From positions 256,001 through 320,000 of the forward strand of contig CAVPIW010000006.1 in NCBI GenBank assembly GCA_963705105.1: 64,000 bases of DNA, given 5' to 3'. Below are positions 40,236-49,791 of the stretch, one piece after another. The notes below the pieces were generated by a model. The model was given only the letters and a program-made list of their open reading frames with translations, had not been told where the DNA came from and made no database searches. The position numbers and the translations under genes are program-made. Every line of letters begins with the position of its first letter. The first letter of the stretch is position 1. Origin of the DNA: an uncultured Nitrospiraceae bacterium. GTDB taxonomy: Bacteria; Nitrospirota; Thermodesulfovibrionia; Thermodesulfovibrionales; Dissulfurispiraceae.

Positions 40236-41291
40236 ATGCCCGAAGAGTTCGACGAGCGAACAGAGCAAGCAACGCCGCGAAGGCGGGAACAGGCGAGGGA
40301 GAAGGGCGATGTCCCGCGAAGCCGGGACCTCTCGGGCATCCTCCCTCTCTGGATCGTCTTCCTCTATCTCTCCTTCGGGGGGTTCTTCCTCGCGGGACTG
40401 ACGACGTACCTGAGGTCCTCCCTGTCGCGGGGGTTCCAGGCCTCTCTTGATGAGGTCTCGTTCATCGGTATCTTCCGCGCCGACCTCGTCCAGGGGGCGT
40501 CTATCCTCGGGCCGCTCCTGGGCATCATCCTGATCGCGGTGGTTGCGGTGAATTTCGTCCAGACGGGGTTTCTCGTCTCCCCGGTGCCGCTTACGCCGGA
40601 TATCACGAGGCTCAGTCCCCTGAAGGGCCTCAAGAGGATCTTCAGCCTGAGCAACCTCTTCGAGACGGCGAAGGGCGTGCTCAAACTCGTCATCCTCGGC
40701 GCCGTCCTTTACTATTTCCTCAAGGACGAGGTGTTCACGATCCCCCTCCTTGCGGACATGCAGGTGAACGCGATTATCGGCTCCTCCTTCGAATCGGTCC
40801 GGAAACTGGTGCTCATATCGACGGTCGTCCTGACCGTTTTCGCTGTAGCCGACTTCGTGTTCCAGAGATGGCAGTACGAAAGGAACCTGAGGATGACGAA
40901 ACAGGAGATCAAGGAGGAGATGAAGGAGTCCGAAGGCGACCCGAGGGTGAGGGCGAGGGTGAGAAGCCTCCAGAGGGAAATGGCCCGGAGAAGAATGATG
41001 CAGGAGGTCCCGAAGGCCGACGTCGTCATCACGAATCCCACCCATTACGCCGTGGCCCTGCGGTATGATCCCGCAAAGATGGGCGCACCCACCGTCATCG
41101 CGAAGGGCGCCAACATTGTGGCGGAGAGGATCAAGGAAATCGCCGGGCGGAGCGGCGTCTCCGTCGTCGAAGACAGACCGCTGGCGAAAACCCTCTTCAT
41201 GCTGAACATCGGCGAAGAGATCCCTGAAGACCTCTACAAGGCTGTGGCGGCCATTTTGGCAGCGGTGTACCGCCTCAAGGGAGGGCGGTGA
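40236..41291 (+). CDS. flhB: Flagellar export switch protein FlhB
   Basis: RTEQATPRR...AREKG.VPRS, MTKQEIKEE.KESEGDP, NPTH autocleavage site. Confidence 0.96.
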   Translation: MPEEFDERTEQATPRRREQAREKGDVPRSRDLSGILPLWIVFLYLSFGGFFLAGLTTYLRSSLSRGFQASLDEVSFIGIFRADLVQGASILGPLLGIILIAVVAVNFVQTGFLVSPVPLTPDITRLSPLKGLKRIFSLSNLFETAKGVLKLVILGAVLYYFLKDEVFTIPLLADMQVNAIIGSSFESVRKLVLISTVVLTVFAVADFVFQRWQYERNLRMTKQEIKEEMKESEGDPRVRARVRSLQREMARRRMMQEVPKADVVITNPTHYAVALRYDPAKMGAPTVIAKGANIVAERIKEIAGRSGVSVVEDRPLAKTLFMLNIGEEIPEDLYKAVAAILAAVYRLKGGR

Positions 41292-43333
41292 TGCTCGAAA
41301 GACTGCTCAAACATAGCGACCTGCTCCTCGCCGTCGGGATCGTGACGGTCCTGTCGCTGATGGTCATCCCCATTCCGCCGTTGCTCCTCGATGTGGCCCT
41401 CACGTTCAGCATCACCCTCTCGGTGATGATTCTCCTTGTGTCGTCCTATGTTTACAGGAGCCTGGAGTTCTCCGTCTTTCCCTCCATGCTGCTCGTGTCG
41501 ACGCTCCTCCGTCTCTCCCTGAACATCGCGTCGACGAGGCTCATCCTCATGAAGGGAGACGAGGGCATCGACGCCGCCGGAAAAGTCATCCAGTCTTTCG
41601 GTGAATTCGTCGTGGGAGGCAATTTCGTCGTCGGTTTCGTTATCTTCCTCATTCTCGTCATCATCAATTTCATCGTCATCACCAAGGGCGCGGGGAGAGT
41701 CGCCGAGGTGTCGGCCCGGTTCACTCTCGATGCCATGCCGGGAAAACAGATGAGCATTGATGCCGATCTCAACGCCGGGCTGATCGACGAGGTCGAAGCG
41801 CGGCGGCGCCGCCAGGAGATCTCCCGGGAAGCCGACTTTTACGGAGCTATGGACGGCGCCAGCAAGTTCGTCAGGGGCGACGCGATCGCGGGGATCATCA
41901 TCATGGTCATCAATATCATCGGAGGGTTCCTCATCGGCGTGCTCCAGAAGGGCATGCCCCTTGCCGATGCCGCACGGACCTATACGACACTGACCGTCGG
42001 AGAAGGCCTTGTGGCGCAGATCCCCGCGCTCATCACCTCGACGGCGGCCGGTATCATCGTCACGCGCGCTGCGACGGAGGCGAACCTCGGCGCCGAGATG
42101 GTGAAGCAGCTCCTTTCACATCCGAAGGCTCTCGCAACCACGGCGGGGGTGCTCGCCTTCTTCGGCATCATTCCCGGCCTGCCCCACGTCCCGTTTCTCC
42201 TCCTCGCCACGATCTCGGGAACGGGGGCCTACTTCCTGAAGAAGGCCGCACTCCGTGAAGAAGAGGTCCCGGCGGAAGAAGAAAGGGCCGCGCCTCCCGA
42301 GAGTCTCGAGGCCCTTCTGGCCGTCGACCCCCTCTCTCTCGAGATCGGATACAGCCTCATCCCCCTTGTCGAGGAGGGCGGGCCCCTGCTTTCGAAGATC
42401 AGGGCGATCAGAAAGCAGATCGTGACGGAGATGGGCTTCATCGTGCCGCCCGTCCACATCAAGGATAACCTCACCCTCAAACCGGCAGGCTATTCGGTGC
42501 TCATCAAAGGTGTCGAGATCGCCTCGTCGGAGGTGATGCTGAACCGGTACCTCGCCATCTCTCCGGGAGGTGAAACGGAGACGATGGAAGGCGTGCCGGC
42601 TAAGGACCCGGCCTTCGGGCTGCCCGCCCTCTGGATCGAAGAGAGAGACATGGAGAGGGCGCAACTGGCGGGATACACCGTCGTCGACGTGCCCTCGGTC
42701 ATCACGACGCACCTGTCCGAGATCATCAAGAACTACTCACATGAGCTGCTGGGCAAGCAGGATGTGCAGCGTCTCTTCGACAACCTTTCGAAAACGCAGC
42801 CGAAGGTCGTCGAAGACCTGACGCCGGGATTGCTCCCACTCGCGGCGGTCCAGAGGGTCCTCCAGAATCTCCTGAAAGAGAGGGTCTCCATCAGGGACCT
42901 CCAGACGATCCTCGAGACCCTCGCGGAGTTCGCGGCGGTGACGAAAGACGCAGAAATACTGACCGAGTCGGTCAGGCAGGCCCTTTCGAGGGGGATTACA
43001 CGGCAGTTCCGGAATACGGACGGGTCGCTGTCCGTCCTCATTCTCGACCCGTCTACGGAACGGACCATGCTCGAATCTCTCCAGAGCACTCCCCAGGGGA
43101 CCTTTCTGAACCTTGACCCCGTCACATCGGAGAAATTCCTTGACGGCGTCAAGAAGAGGTTCGAGGAGAGCCTTGCCAAGGGATACCAGCCCCTGATTCT
43201 CTGTTCGCCCGCCATCAGGAGGTTCGTCAAGAAGATCGTCGAAAGGGTATCGCCGGGCATCGTCGTCCTCTCGCACGGCGAGGTGTCGCCCAACACGAAA
43301 CTCTACGCGCTCGGAACAATCAGGATCGAATGA
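41288..43333 (+). CDS. flhA: Flagellar export protein FlhA
   Basis: RVAEVSARFTLDAMPGKQMSIDADLNAG, FYGAMDGASKFVRGDA. Confidence 0.97.
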   Translation: MMLERLLKHSDLLLAVGIVTVLSLMVIPIPPLLLDVALTFSITLSVMILLVSSYVYRSLEFSVFPSMLLVSTLLRLSLNIASTRLILMKGDEGIDAAGKVIQSFGEFVVGGNFVVGFVIFLILVIINFIVITKGAGRVAEVSARFTLDAMPGKQMSIDADLNAGLIDEVEARRRRQEISREADFYGAMDGASKFVRGDAIAGIIIMVINIIGGFLIGVLQKGMPLADAARTYTTLTVGEGLVAQIPALITSTAAGIIVTRAATEANLGAEMVKQLLSHPKALATTAGVLAFFGIIPGLPHVPFLLLATISGTGAYFLKKAALREEEVPAEEERAAPPESLEALLAVDPLSLEIGYSLIPLVEEGGPLLSKIRAIRKQIVTEMGFIVPPVHIKDNLTLKPAGYSVLIKGVEIASSEVMLNRYLAISPGGETETMEGVPAKDPAFGLPALWIEERDMERAQLAGYTVVDVPSVITTHLSEIIKNYSHELLGKQDVQRLFDNLSKTQPKVVEDLTPGLLPLAAVQRVLQNLLKERVSIRDLQTILETLAEFAAVTKDAEILTESVRQALSRGITRQFRNTDGSLSVLILDPSTERTMLESLQSTPQGTFLNLDPVTSEKFLDGVKKRFEESLAKGYQPLILCSPAIRRFVKKIVERVSPGIVVLSHGEVSPNTKLYALGTIRIE

Positions 43334-43367
43334 TAAAACACAACTCTTTCCATTTGGGGGTGAAGAC

Positions 43368-44390
43368 ATGAGGATAAAGAAATATGTCGGCGAGAATTTC
43401 AAGGAAGCCCTCGATCTGGTCAAGAGGGAGCTCGGTCCTGAAGCGGTCATCCTGTCGAGCAAAGCCGTCAGGAGCGGTCCCTTCGGCATAACGGGAAATG
43501 AGGGGGTGGAGGTGACGGCCGCACTCGATGCGGACCTCGCCAGGCATGACTCCGCAGCGTCCGGCATGGACGACCTTATCCGGGAGATCAGGGGCCTCAG
43601 GCAGGAGGTGACGTTCCTCAAGGAGATGCTGAGACCGGTCATGCCGGGCCTCAGGGTCGGGACGGAGGGGAAGGAACTGCTGAATCACCTCGTGAAACAG
43701 GGGATCGATATGCAGTTTGCCCTCGTCCTTGTCGACCAGTGCCGGGAAAACCGGTCGGGCCTGAGAGAGGCGATTGCAGGCACCCTCAAGGTGCAATCCC
43801 CGGTGGAACATGATGACAATGGCTTCATCTTTCTCGGTCCTCCCGGCGTCGGCAAAACGACGACTCTTTCGAAAATGGCGTACATCCTTGCGGCGAGGCG
43901 GAAACAGGTCCATATACTCTCTCTCGACGAAAGGGGGCCGAACGTCGAATACCTCAGGGAGACCGCAAAGGTGACGCGGAGCCAGTTCAAGGTCGTCAGG
44001 AAGATCAGCGAGCTCCCGCGGACGGTCTACCGGGATATGGAAAAGGGGCCGGTGCTGATCGACACGTCAGGCAGCTCCTGTGCCAGGACCCTCAGCGACA
44101 TGAAAACGCTCTTTCCCTCCGGTGCGCCCGTCAGGACATGTTTTCTCATGGATGCTTCTCTCAGCCAGGACGCGAGTCAGAAGGTCTGGTCGTCCTGTCA
44201 GTTCGCCCTGATCGACACCATCGGTTTCACGAAGCTCGACCTGGCGTCGCACCTGGGGAACATGTACAATATCGCCCTGCTGTCAGGCAGGCCCCTGTCG
44301 TTCATAACGACGGGACCCGATGTCCCCGGTGACGTGGTGCTGCCGACGGCGGACCTCGTTGCCGGGATGATAGTGGGGGAAAGGTCATGA
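43368..44390 (+). CDS. flhF: SRP-family GTPase FlhF
   Basis: EAL..VKRELG.EAVILS N-domain, GPPGVGKTTT, DTSG, TKLD, TGPDVP.D. Confidence 0.88.
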   Translation: MRIKKYVGENFKEALDLVKRELGPEAVILSSKAVRSGPFGITGNEGVEVTAALDADLARHDSAASGMDDLIREIRGLRQEVTFLKEMLRPVMPGLRVGTEGKELLNHLVKQGIDMQFALVLVDQCRENRSGLREAIAGTLKVQSPVEHDDNGFIFLGPPGVGKTTTLSKMAYILAARRKQVHILSLDERGPNVEYLRETAKVTRSQFKVVRKISELPRTVYRDMEKGPVLIDTSGSSCARTLSDMKTLFPSGAPVRTCFLMDASLSQDASQKVWSSCQFALIDTIGFTKLDLASHLGNMYNIALLSGRPLSFITTGPDVPGDVVLPTADLVAGMIVGERS

Positions 44391-45196
44391 AGCAGGAGAG
44401 CCCCCGTATCATTGCGGTTTCCAGCGGGAAGGGCGGCGTCGGAAAGACGAACTTTGTCGCCAATCTGGCCCTTCTCTACGCGGGGATGGGCAAGCGCGTG
44501 CTCATCCTCGATGCCGATCTCGGCCTGAGCAATATCGATGTGATCTTCGGCATCGCCCCCCGCCTGACCCTGAAGGACGTCCTCATGGGAGAAAAGAGCA
44601 TTGCCGATATCCTCTGCACCGGCCCCGGCGGCATCATGATCCTGCCAGCCGGCTCCGGCGTCCGCGAGCTGACCCGGCTGAGCGACGAGCAGCGTCTCAA
44701 ACTCGTCTCGGTCCTCGATGATTTCGACGCTCCCTTTGACGTCTTTCTTATCGACACCGGCGCCGGCATTTCGGACAACGTGCTCTTTTTCTGCAGCTCC
44801 GCCCTCGAGACGGTCGTCCTGGTCACGCCGGAGCCGACGTCGATCGCCGATGCATACGCGCTGATCAAGGTGTTGTCGCGGGACTTCGGTGAAGAGCATT
44901 TCAGGGTCCTCGTCAATACGGCCCGGTCCGAAAAGGAGGCTTTCGATACCTTCAGGAGGCTGGCGATCGTGACGGACCGTTTTCTCCACCTCTCCGTCGA
45001 TTACCTCGGATACCTTCCCCACGATGAACACGTGAAAGACGCGATCATCGCCCAGAAGGGCTTCATCGCGCTTTATCCCAACAGCGCTTTCGCGAAAAAA
45101 CTCGGCCGCATCGGCGCAAAGCTGCTCGATACGCCCCTGAACAGGGTCAAGGGAAACATCCAGTTCTTTCTTAAAAAGGCCCTCAGGGTCGGATAG
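44387..45196 (+). CDS. flhG: MinD-like ATPase FlhG/FleN
   Basis: SGKGGVGKT, DADLGL.N.D, IDTGAGIS, PEPTSIADAYALIK. Confidence 0.93.
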   Translation: MKQESPRIIAVSSGKGGVGKTNFVANLALLYAGMGKRVLILDADLGLSNIDVIFGIAPRLTLKDVLMGEKSIADILCTGPGGIMILPAGSGVRELTRLSDEQRLKLVSVLDDFDAPFDVFLIDTGAGISDNVLFFCSSALETVVLVTPEPTSIADAYALIKVLSRDFGEEHFRVLVNTARSEKEAFDTFRRLAIVTDRFLHLSVDYLGYLPHDEHVKDAIIAQKGFIALYPNSAFAKKLGRIGAKLLDTPLNRVKGNIQFFLKKALRVG

Positions 45197-45227
45197 GCAA
45201 GGGAAGAAAGTGTCAGTGTGAGTTTTT

Positions 45228-45424
45228 ACCTTGAGGTTGCATAGAAAGGCGTGGCGAAACGCTCTGAAAAACAGTGTCAGTGTGAGTGTCAGTGTCAGTA
45301 AAAAACTCACTTTTTCGACCATCGCGTTGAAACTTCGTCTTTCGGACGATTAAGGTGTCGCCGCAGCAAGGTTTTCGGCGCATACGCCCCGCCTTTTCCC
45401 GGAAGTGTATTGCAACGATAAGGT
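45228..45424 (-). mobile_element. MITE-like element copy 4 (hexamer-repeat interior)
   Basis: ACCTTGAGGTTGCA...GTGTATTGCAACGATAAGGT; TT on both sides; lies between flhG and fliA. Confidence 0.85.
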
Positions 45425-45511
45425 TTACGCTGATTCATGCCGAGACATGACGAAAAAAAGTTTCCTTTGATTTACATTTATGAGTATAATATTGCCTGAA
45501 TCGGGAACACC

Positions 45512-46234
45512 ATGGCAAAAGTATCGGAACAACAGAAAGAGCAGATCATTGAGCAGTTCCTGCCGCGCGTAAAATACTACGCCAACAAGTATGCCTTCAG
45601 CCTTCCTGCCGAGCTCAGCGTCGAAGACCTCATCTCGGCCGGCATCATCGGCCTCCTGGAGGCGTGCGAGAGGTACGATCCCGCCATGAAGACGACGCTC
45701 AGCACTTTTGCCGACTTCAGGATCAGGGGGGCCATCATCGATGAAATCCGGTCCATGCAATGGGCGTCGAAGGACGCGCGGAAGAAGCTGGAATACGTGA
45801 GAAACGCTTACACGGAGCTCGAGAAGACCTTCAGCAGGAGCGTCACCGATGAAGAGGTGGCCCAAAAGCTGAACATCACCCTCGACGAGCTCCACAAGAC
45901 GCTCTCGACGGCGAACACGATGAACATGATGAATCTCGAGGACCTCGGCATAGGCAAAGAAGGGGAAACGCTCGATATTCTCGAGTGCATTTCCGCGGAC
46001 AATGCCCGGGATGTCATTGAAGAGCTCAACCTCAAGGAACTCAAGACGGCCCTCGGGCACGCCATCGACAGATTGCCCGAAAAGGAGCGCCTCGTTCTCA
46101 CCCTTTATTACTACGAAGAACTCACCATGCGGGAAATCGGGAAGGTACTGAACATCAGCGAATCCCGCGTCTGCCAGTTGCACGGAAAAGGCCTCATGAA
46201 GCTCAAGGGGAAGCTCGAACAGCTCAGGGCCTGA
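45512..46234 (+). CDS. fliA: RNA polymerase sigma-28 factor FliA
   Basis: DLISAGIIGL..A.ERYDP, RIRGAIIDE.R, LYYYEELTM.EIG.VL.ISESRVCQLH. Confidence 0.96.
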   Translation: MAKVSEQQKEQIIEQFLPRVKYYANKYAFSLPAELSVEDLISAGIIGLLEACERYDPAMKTTLSTFADFRIRGAIIDEIRSMQWASKDARKKLEYVRNAYTELEKTFSRSVTDEEVAQKLNITLDELHKTLSTANTMNMMNLEDLGIGKEGETLDILECISADNARDVIEELNLKELKTALGHAIDRLPEKERLVLTLYYYEELTMREIGKVLNISESRVCQLHGKGLMKLKGKLEQLRA

Positions 46235-46282
46235 TTCCGCCGCTCCGGGAGTACCCCAGCGCCGTTCCGGAAGGAGCAATCC

Positions 46283-48130
46283 ATGATTCGAAGCCTGAAA
46301 AGGATTCTGCTGAAACTGCAGTCAGAGGACCCATCGGTCAGAAGGCTCGCAGCCGAGAGGCTTTCGGAGGCGGATGAGAGGGCCATATACCCGCTCATAC
46401 AGGCCCTGAAAGACCGTCATCCCGGCGTGCAGGACGCCGCCATGAGGTCCCTGGTGTCGATAGGCGGAGAGGTGACCGCCTATATGACACTTCCCCTGCT
46501 GAGGGAGGAACCCTCTCTGCGAAATATGGCGGTCGTCATTCTCGGGGAGTTGGGCGTCCATGCCGTCCCCCTTGTCTATCCCCTGCTCGGGGACAAGGAC
46601 GGCGTCATCAGGAAATTCGCCGTTGATCTGCTCAGGAAGATCGGAAGCGGCGTCGATCCATCGAGGATCATCCCCTGTCTGAAAGACGGGAACCCCAACA
46701 TACGCGCCGCCGCTGCAAGGGCACTGGGGGAGCTGGGGTGCCGGGAAGCCGTCCCTTTTCTCATCAATGCACTGGCAGACGAGGAATGGACAGTCATATC
46801 CGCCCTTGAATCTCTTGGTGAGCTCCGGGCCGAAGAAGCGACGGATGCTGTGGCTTCCCTTCTCCTGTCCGGTTCAGCGGCGATCAGGCATGTCGCCATC
46901 GAGACGCTGGGATGTTTCTCCTCCGGTAGGGCGGCACAAATCCTTCTTTCACATATCGAAAGGGCGCCGGCTGACGAACGGACAACAGCCATCAAGAGTC
47001 TCATGACCGCCGGAGTCACCCCGCAGCTTCACGGTCTCTCCGATCACCTCATCGCGTTTCTCCGGGAGGGAGATTGGGAGGATAAGCTGCTTGCCGTCAG
47101 GGGCATTACCACCCTCAAATGCAAGGCCGCCGTCCCCGTCATGGTCGATCTTGCCGGGTCCCTCGATCCGTCTCTGCCCGAGAGCGCGGAGATAATCGCC
47201 CTTTTCATGGATGCGATCCTATCTCTGGATGCAGGTGATGAACTTGTCGGCCTCCTTGATGACCCCGGCCTTCGATACCGGGGAAAGTCACTCGCCGTGC
47301 ATGCCCTGGGACGCTTACAGAGAGAGGATGCAGTGCCGAAGATCATCCCTCTTCTGAGCCATATCAGCAGGGACCTTCGGAGGGCGGCCGTCGATGCTCT
47401 CGGGAATATGGGCGGAGAGGCGGCCAGGGAAGCACTCACTGAAGCGGCTGGTCAGGACCATGACGCACATGTCAGGAGGGCCGCCATCGAGGCCCTCGGC
47501 AGCAACAAGGCGGCCGGGACATACCGGTTCCTGTTCGGCAGGCTGCATGTCGAAACATATCCCGATCTCACCGAGGCGATCGTCCGATCCCTCATGAATA
47601 TCGACAGCAATGCATTTCTTTCCGGAATGAGCGGTTATAGGGACCCCGTGCGTCTTGTCACGGCGAGGATTTCGGATGACGAGGAGACTCTTCTCAGGCT
47701 CGCCGATGATGAGAACCGGCAGGTCAGGATCACTGCGATCGGCAGGCTCAGACTGACGCCTTCCGGCGGGGCCGTGCGAAGACTCACGGAATTGCTCAGG
47801 GACGAGGACCCGGAAATCAGAAGAATCGCCGTCACTTCATTCGATGATGCACACCTCTGCCCTCCCGAGCTCCTGCAGACCCTGACCGACAGTGATGCAT
47901 CGGTCAGGTTTCAGGCTCTCCGAGTCGTATCCTCGACCTGCGATGCCGAAACAGTTTTGAAACACATCGGCCCTCTCGTCGGCGATCTCTTCATTCCCAT
48001 CTGCCTTGCCGCCGTCGACGCGATCGGCCGTCTCGGCAGGCAGGCAGCCGAACGAGGCCTCGCTCCTTTCGAAAATCATCCCGATCCCTCGGTTCGCGGG
48101 GCCGTCCGGAAGGTGCTGAACCCGGCATGA
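46283..48130 (+). CDS. HEAT-repeat protein
   Basis: Many D...VR..A...LG repeats; ATGA overlap with cheR. Confidence 0.88.
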   Translation: MIRSLKRILLKLQSEDPSVRRLAAERLSEADERAIYPLIQALKDRHPGVQDAAMRSLVSIGGEVTAYMTLPLLREEPSLRNMAVVILGELGVHAVPLVYPLLGDKDGVIRKFAVDLLRKIGSGVDPSRIIPCLKDGNPNIRAAAARALGELGCREAVPFLINALADEEWTVISALESLGELRAEEATDAVASLLLSGSAAIRHVAIETLGCFSSGRAAQILLSHIERAPADERTTAIKSLMTAGVTPQLHGLSDHLIAFLREGDWEDKLLAVRGITTLKCKAAVPVMVDLAGSLDPSLPESAEIIALFMDAILSLDAGDELVGLLDDPGLRYRGKSLAVHALGRLQREDAVPKIIPLLSHISRDLRRAAVDALGNMGGEAAREALTEAAGQDHDAHVRRAAIEALGSNKAAGTYRFLFGRLHVETYPDLTEAIVRSLMNIDSNAFLSGMSGYRDPVRLVTARISDDEETLLRLADDENRQVRITAIGRLRLTPSGGAVRRLTELLRDEDPEIRRIAVTSFDDAHLCPPELLQTLTDSDASVRFQALRVVSSTCDAETVLKHIGPLVGDLFIPICLAAVDAIGRLGRQAAERGLAPFENHPDPSVRGAVRKVLNPA

Positions 48131-48957
48131 ACCAGATCATCCCCGAAGACGTTTTCAGACAACTGAGGGATTTTATTTACGAAAAGTGCGGCATCTTCAT
48201 CCCGGACACGAAACGGTACTTTCTGGAAAACAGACTCGGACGGCGCATCCTCGAGAGAAACCTCAAATCGGGTGCGGAATATCTCTACCTGCTGAAATAC
48301 GGAGCGGACAGGCGGGAGCTTTCAAAACTCTTCGATCTGGTTACGACCAACGAGACGTTCTTTTTCAGGGAGCCGCAGCAGCTTCAGGTTTTCAGCACGG
48401 AGATCATCGATCGCATCATGACGGATAATATGCGGGCCGGACGGATGGACATCCGCATCTGGTCGGCTGCCTGCTCGACGGGCGAGGAGCCTTACACGCT
48501 CTGTCTCATGCTCGTCAGCCGCCAGGCTGCAGCCTCTTTTCGTAAAGACATCGTCGCGTCCGATTTAAGCGATGCCGTCTTGGAGTCGGCACGGGCGGGG
48601 ATCTACGGGTCCTATTCCATCAGAAACGTATCCGATGATGTGCTGAGGGAATTTTTCACAAAGGAGAATCACCACTATCGCATCTCGCCGAAGCTGAAAT
48701 CCATGGTAAGGTTCCAGAGAATCAACCTCATCGACAAACGCGAGGTGGGCAAAATCAGGGGAATGGACGTCATCTTCTGCAGAAACGTCCTCATCTATTT
48801 CGATGACAAAGCAAAACACAGGGCCGTTGCAAACCTCTACGACTCTCTGAGGCCGGGGGGGTATCTCATCATCGGGACTTCGGAGAGCCTGCACAACATC
48901 ACGAGGGCCTTCAGGCCCGTCATCATCAACAGGGTCATCGTGTACCAGAAAGTGTAG
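48127..48957 (+). CDS. cheR: Chemotaxis methyltransferase CheR
   Basis: TTNETFFFRE, IWSAACSTGEEPY, DVIFCRNVLIYFD, G.SESL. Confidence 0.95.
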   Translation: MNQIIPEDVFRQLRDFIYEKCGIFIPDTKRYFLENRLGRRILERNLKSGAEYLYLLKYGADRRELSKLFDLVTTNETFFFREPQQLQVFSTEIIDRIMTDNMRAGRMDIRIWSAACSTGEEPYTLCLMLVSRQAAASFRKDIVASDLSDAVLESARAGIYGSYSIRNVSDDVLREFFTKENHHYRISPKLKSMVRFQRINLIDKREVGKIRGMDVIFCRNVLIYFDDKAKHRAVANLYDSLRPGGYLIIGTSESLHNITRAFRPVIINRVIVYQKV

Positions 48958-49005
48958 ACGGAACGGGACATTTCACGTCTGGCATTGCACAAGGAGGCGA
49001 CACCA

Positions 49006-49362
49006 GTGAAGATCCTGATCGTTGACGACGATAAAACAACTAGGAAGATTCTGACCCTCTACCTCAGGGGTAAGGACCATACCGTCATAACCGCCGAGAA
49101 CGGACTGGATGCCCTCGAAAAGATCGGTATCGAGACTGTTGACGTGATTATAGCAGACCTGAACATGCCTTACATGGACGGGATCGAGCTGACACGCACG
49201 ATCAGGTCTGATTCATCGCGATCTCATATCCCCATCATCATGGTTTCGATAGAGGAGGATGCCGAAGAAAGGGATCGGGCTGTCGAGGCCGGTGTCAGTG
49301 CGTACCTGGTCAAGCCGGTGACGGCCGAGCAGATCGAGGAGAGCATACGGAACATGCGATAA
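49006..49362 (+). CDS. Single-domain CheY-like response regulator
   Basis: ILIVDDD, ADLNMP.MDG, YLVKP; GTG start after AAGGAGG. Confidence 0.88.
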   Translation: MKILIVDDDKTTRKILTLYLRGKDHTVITAENGLDALEKIGIETVDVIIADLNMPYMDGIELTRTIRSDSSRSHIPIIMVSIEEDAEERDRAVEAGVSAYLVKPVTAEQIEESIRNMR

Positions 49363-49384
49363 CGCTTTTGATAGAGGAGGTGGC

Positions 49385-49789
49385 ATGCTTGATCTGAAGA
49401 TTAAGGTCCTTGTCGTGGACGACTTTCCCACGATGAGGAGAATCATACGGAATCTCCTGAAGCAGATCGGATACAACTCCATCGAGGAAGCCGAGGACGG
49501 GATTCAGGCGCTGGCGATGCTCAGGAAAGGGGGGGTCGGTCTCATCGTGTCCGACTGGAATATGCCGAACATGGAGGGGATAGATCTTCTGAGAATCGTC
49601 AGGAAGGATGCCTCGCTCAAGGACATCGCCTTTCTCATGGTCACTGCCGAGGCGGAGAAAGAGAGGGTAATCGAGGCGATCAAGTCGGGTGTCGACAACT
49701 ATATCGTGAAACCGTTCACTGCGGAGACCCTGAAGGAGAAGATCGAGAAGATCGCGGAAAGGAGGTCTGCCCTCAGGGGAGGAAACTGA
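49385..49789 (+). CDS. cheY: Chemotaxis response regulator CheY
   Basis: VVDDFPTMRRII.NLL, SDWNMP.M.G, MVTAEA, YIVKPFTA. Confidence 0.95.
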   Translation: MLDLKIKVLVVDDFPTMRRIIRNLLKQIGYNSIEEAEDGIQALAMLRKGGVGLIVSDWNMPNMEGIDLLRIVRKDASLKDIAFLMVTAEAEKERVIEAIKSGVDNYIVKPFTAETLKEKIEKIAERRSALRGGN

Positions 49790-49791
49790 TC

